DNA of 64,000 nt from positions 61,566,001-61,630,000 of the forward strand of contig OZ241829.1 in NCBI GenBank assembly GCA_965202585.1, in the 5' to 3' direction. The translations under genes and the position numbers were made by a program. The DNA is from Thalia democratica. Its lineage: Eukaryota. Under the pieces are notes generated by a model. That model was not told the DNA's origin. It did no database searches and worked only from the letters and a program-made list of their open reading frames with translations. Of the stretch, positions 60,401 to 64,000 are shown piece after piece; position 1 is the stretch's first letter, and the number at the start of each line of letters is the position of its first letter.

Positions 60401-63400
60401 TAAAAGTATACAACTATTTGAACTTAAAACAAAATTTTAAACCTTGATAAGTTGTAAAACTAGTTTAAATTTTGAGTCGGTAAAAAACTGAAAGCAAGCA
60501 TTATTGTATTTTTGTACAACTACTTATATTTACTTCTCGAATTTATTAATTATTGATAAAACTTTAGTAGTTTTTATGTCAATTAGGTTTTTGAAGTGTG
60601 CTGAATTTTATGAAAAATTTTGAGGTATCAAACTTAATGTTTATTATGTTTTATTTAAAAATCCGGAAATAACTATAAGTAAAATTTTAATCATAAACTT
60701 TAAAACTTTAAATAGAATTTTTCATTACTTTAAAGCAGTTCGTTCTTATACAGGTGTCACGAAAATTAAGTATAGTTACGTTGAAAAAAAAACATATTCA
60801 TATATGTGCGTTGTACTTTTTTCCGAAAATTACTGCTATTTTTACCAAACATATGTTTTGTAAATATTTAAAATTTTATTTATTGTGATAAATGCTGTCA
60901 ACTAAATACTTAACTTAAATATTCTGACGCAATCAATAAAAATTTATAGAACAAACTTTTTTTTTGTTGTATACTGTTTCGATTGTTTATATTTTTAAAT
61001 AAGTTCTAGTTAAAAAATATATAATAGGTAACTGTTTTAGATTGTGTACTATTAAAACTCTACTCTTAACAAACTAATCTGATGGTAGATGTATTGAAAT
61101 AATAATTGAATAAAAATTAGTATTTAAAATGTTATTAATAAGAACAAAATGTTTTTGCTTCAGTACTTTCAAAGTACTATATCTCTAGTTGTAATTGTAG
61201 GTGTAAAAAAATTGATGCATTTGAGTATCTTTATAACATTTTTGAGTTCAAGGAAAGTTTCAAGTTATTTCTACAATATCTAAATATTTTTTTTCTAGCT
61301 TATATAAGTATTCCATTTGTGGTTTTAACTTACTACGGTTGCGTTGGCCCATGAAATATTTATATGTAAAATGTAATTTGTCTATATTTTGTCTTTAGAT
61401 TTTGGTAATCTAAATGAAATTTTATATAGAAAATTATGTGAAGCATGTAAATATAATTTTTAAGTTTAATATAAAATAATAATAACCATATAAAATTTTA
61501 GTACAACTTTTTGATTATACTGGCAAAGAAGTTTTTTTTTCATTTTTTTTTCCTTATTCCTTAAAAACACGAACTAAGTAGTTCGATGATTCAAAACTGA
61601 ATGTGTAGCTGATTTTATTTAATTTTATTTGAAACTTTTGTTGTTGTTACGCTGAAAGTTTCAGCGAAGGAATTTTCACGTCACACGTAATGTGTACGAG
61701 TTTCTTATAAATGTTTACATTGCAAATACCAAGAATGTTTAGAACGAACGTAAACTACTTGTCTGTGTGAAGTTCAAATACAAGCATACATAAACTACCT
61801 ATAGGATACATAAATTTTGGGAGTCATGTGTTAATATTTTGGTCAGAACAAGGTAAATAATAAAATTAATAAAACGCAGACAAAGTTTCTACACTTTTAC
61901 ACTACAATTTTTATACTTAAATATAATGTAATAACCTTTTTTATTTATTTTAGTAGTGTGGAAAAAAAATTTATATGGCACATAAAAAAAAAATTCACTC
62001 TAGAAATATTATTCTATTTGAAATTAAATTTAGTGCTATAAAGTTATTTATTAAATTTAGTTTTTTTTTATGAAATATTTTAAGCATAGGTTTCAATTGT
62101 TTAAATGAATAATATCGTACAGGGTTGCCAAAACACCTGGAGTCCTGAAAAAAAAAACAGAATAAGAATAAAAAGAGTTATGTATGATTAAAGAAAATTC
62201 TTAATAAAACACATTTAAAATAGCTTTACAGGATATTTTCAATGTTTTTATAATATTGAGTTTTTTACCTTAATTTAAATTTACACTAAAATTGGACCAA
62301 AAAACTTGGAGGAAATTTATAAATTCTTGATTAAATTTACAAAAAACCTTTGGCAACCCAGTATCGAAATAAATCATATGTTTTTTAAAGTATGTTTTAG
62401 GTATATTACATATATTTAGTTTCAGGCCATTAGGGGTTGAATATTTTTTTAAAGTAGTCTTATAATTTACATAAAAGTTCAAAGTGAAGATTTGAGATAT
62501 AAGTGTTCTAATTTGAACGTTTTAACCTCAAAAGTTAATTTTAGTTATAAAACAGTAAAAAACGACTGATATCTTAGTTTTTATATGTAATTTAGTTCAA
62601 TAGGTTCTTTAGGTTTAATGACTTCAATTGGTTATTTATAAGAGGCGCAAATTAAAGAGTCGATAGTAGACTACTTAAATAACATTTTTCTTCATTTAGT
62701 TTTTAAGTTATTGTTTTCAAACTTTCTTAGACTATTTTTTTTATAAATTTTGTACAACTTGTAGAGAACAAATAATTGATCTTTTTTTTGGTAGTATAAC
62801 TTTTAGGTCTTTTTTAAAATTTCATTTTCTACAAGTTGTTCGTACTATTTAATAAACCATTTCTTGCCAATCTCTTGCCACCGAAACCGGTCGCGAATAA
62901 AATATACAATTTGCATAAATCTATTTAAATAAGCTCTTTACATCCCAGTAAATTGAGCATTCTTTTTTAGTTAAGGCTGATATAAGTATGTTAAATAACT
63001 ATATAAACCATTTCTCTAAATCTTGAACTAAGTTCAAAAATGAAGTTACTGGTAGATTTTAAGAAAATCGGCCATAAATTTTAATGATTCTATACAGTTG
63101 TATCCAAAATATTTTACATAGCCAGTTATATCTCCGAAGTTAATTGTTTTTTTTTTATTTTATAAAAAGTATCTTGTATTATATACGGTAAGTTAAAAAA
63201 AAAAACTATTGTTGATGTTTGTAAAAAAAATGTTGGACCCCTATGGACTTAATGAATGGTCTTTTTAAGTACTTCAGATTCTTGCACTCACAATAATTTT
63301 GCCATTTTATAATACATTATATATATATATATATTTTTAACTTTTGTTAAAAAAGTAAGAGAAGCGTGTAAGTACAACTACTAAAATGAAACACTTTTAT

Positions 63401-63958
63401 TCTTTTATTTCCAACAATTTTTTTTCCTAAAAATTATACAAATTTAATTACAAAGACTTCAAGTATATTTTATTTGATACATTTATAAATAAAGTTTTAA
63501 AATCTTTAATTTATTTTAAATCCCCTATAACTTTAAGTACTAATTTTTACTTAAAGTTTAAACATCAATGGAGGCTAAAGTAAAGACAAAAAATTATATG
63601 TTGAAATAAGACAAGTAGTTCTAAGAGTAACAGTGCAGTAAACTTGCTTATGATTTCAATGTTGTTAAAAGCTTAATACACTTGAGTAAATTTCACTTAT
63701 TTTAAAGCACTTGATAAAATCTTATTTTGCAAATTCTCAAACTTCCACTGTTGCAGGCAGCTGGCCGACAAAATAGTGTACGAGTTCAAAGGCAACACGC
63801 TGTTGGAAGCCGTCAAGCAGGCGGACGTGGGAAAATGCAAGAAGCTGCTGCAATCGAATGCAGAGTCGTTTGCAGACTTGATCAGCTTCGTGCACCCGTT
63901 CACCAACGACTGCTTGCTTCATTTCGCCGCGTCTTCTCCGTTTCCCAAGCGAAAACAG
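51423..63958 (+). CDS. TNKS: tankyrase (ankyrin-repeat PARP), first 7 coding exons; gene continues beyond the window
   Basis: Exons 51423-51581, 53438-53644, 57160-57342, 57611-57772, 57925-58029, 59562-59746, 63757-63958 join in frame. [14 protein letters not shown]|[97 protein letters not shown] are tankyrase ankyrin-repeat-cluster signatures. Confidence 0.97.
52619..52992. mobile_element. MITE family B in tankyrase intron 1
   Basis: TATATA|CAGGGTTGCCAC...GTGCAACCTTG|TATAGA; interior highly similar to 20174-20552. Confidence 0.85.
53093..53196. repeat. hairpin containing head-to-head copies of the ascidian spliced-leader sequence
   Basis: Arms 53093-53138 / 53150-53196 (1 mismatch, 1 indel). 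ATTCTATTTGAATAAG exact at 53151-53166 (+) and 15/16 at 53137-53122 (-). Confidence 0.85.
53965..55231. mobile_element. non-autonomous DNA transposon (family D) with a 6-bp TSD, in tankyrase intron 2
   Basis: TIR CAGGGTTCGTGCGCG...CGCGCACAAACCCTG, subterminal TCAGGCTAAAT repeats, ATCAGG on both sides (53959-53964 / 55232-55237); contains a Kolobok-like end at 54958. Confidence 0.85.
55253..55618. mobile_element. degraded MITE family B copy
   Basis: CAGGATTGACAAAAAACC start, CCTGGAA motifs, degenerate right end. Confidence 0.55.
59292..59540. mobile_element. truncated MITE family B copy abutting a tankyrase splice acceptor
   Basis: TA|CAGTGTTGCAAAAAAACC..CCTGGAAAAACCTAG; similarity fades just before the acceptor at 59560-59561. 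Confidence 0.55.
62120..62361. mobile_element. MITE family B, internally deleted
   Basis: TA|CAGGGTTGCCAAAA...TTTGGCAACCCAG|TA. Confidence 0.8.
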
Positions 63959-64000
63959 GTCTGTTGAAACTTGTTAATAATTGAAGCTTTAAGTGTAATT

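Noticed and set aside
62011-62022. 12-nt partial match to the spliced leader (ATTCTATTTGAA)
   Set aside because: Short and almost all A/T, so expected by chance

Overview
Very AT-rich, intron-rich animal genomic DNA with GC-richer exons. It is probably a tunicate (inference from an exact Ciona-type spliced-leader 16-mer, frequent GTTAGT/GTTTGT donors and the GPCR type). Seven protein-coding genes could be assembled by hand with phase-consistent GT-AG splicing: (1) a 19-exon ADAMTS-like protein whose zinc-binding motif is destroyed (379-10526 +); (2) a 5-exon conserved uncharacterised W/R-rich protein (12918-19656 +); (3) an OCIA-domain protein (24102-25693 -); (4) a basic, Ser-rich orphan (27200-29249 -); (5) a single-exon 370-aa orphan (30152-31264 +); (6) a class A GPCR with a Cys-rich ectodomain (32594-34848 -); (7) the 5' seven exons of tankyrase (51423-63958 +, running off the window). 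The rest holds MITEs (CAGGG-ended, hAT, Mutator, Kolobok-like), a structured SINE-like family, a decayed Penelope-like element and a 5'-truncated CR1-group LINE. The most striking unexplained structures are two abutting near-perfect palindromes sharing an identical 49-nt loop (31918-32421) and a head-to-head pair of spliced-leader copies not followed by GT in tankyrase intron 1 (53093-53196). All coordinates were counted by hand; no database searches were run.
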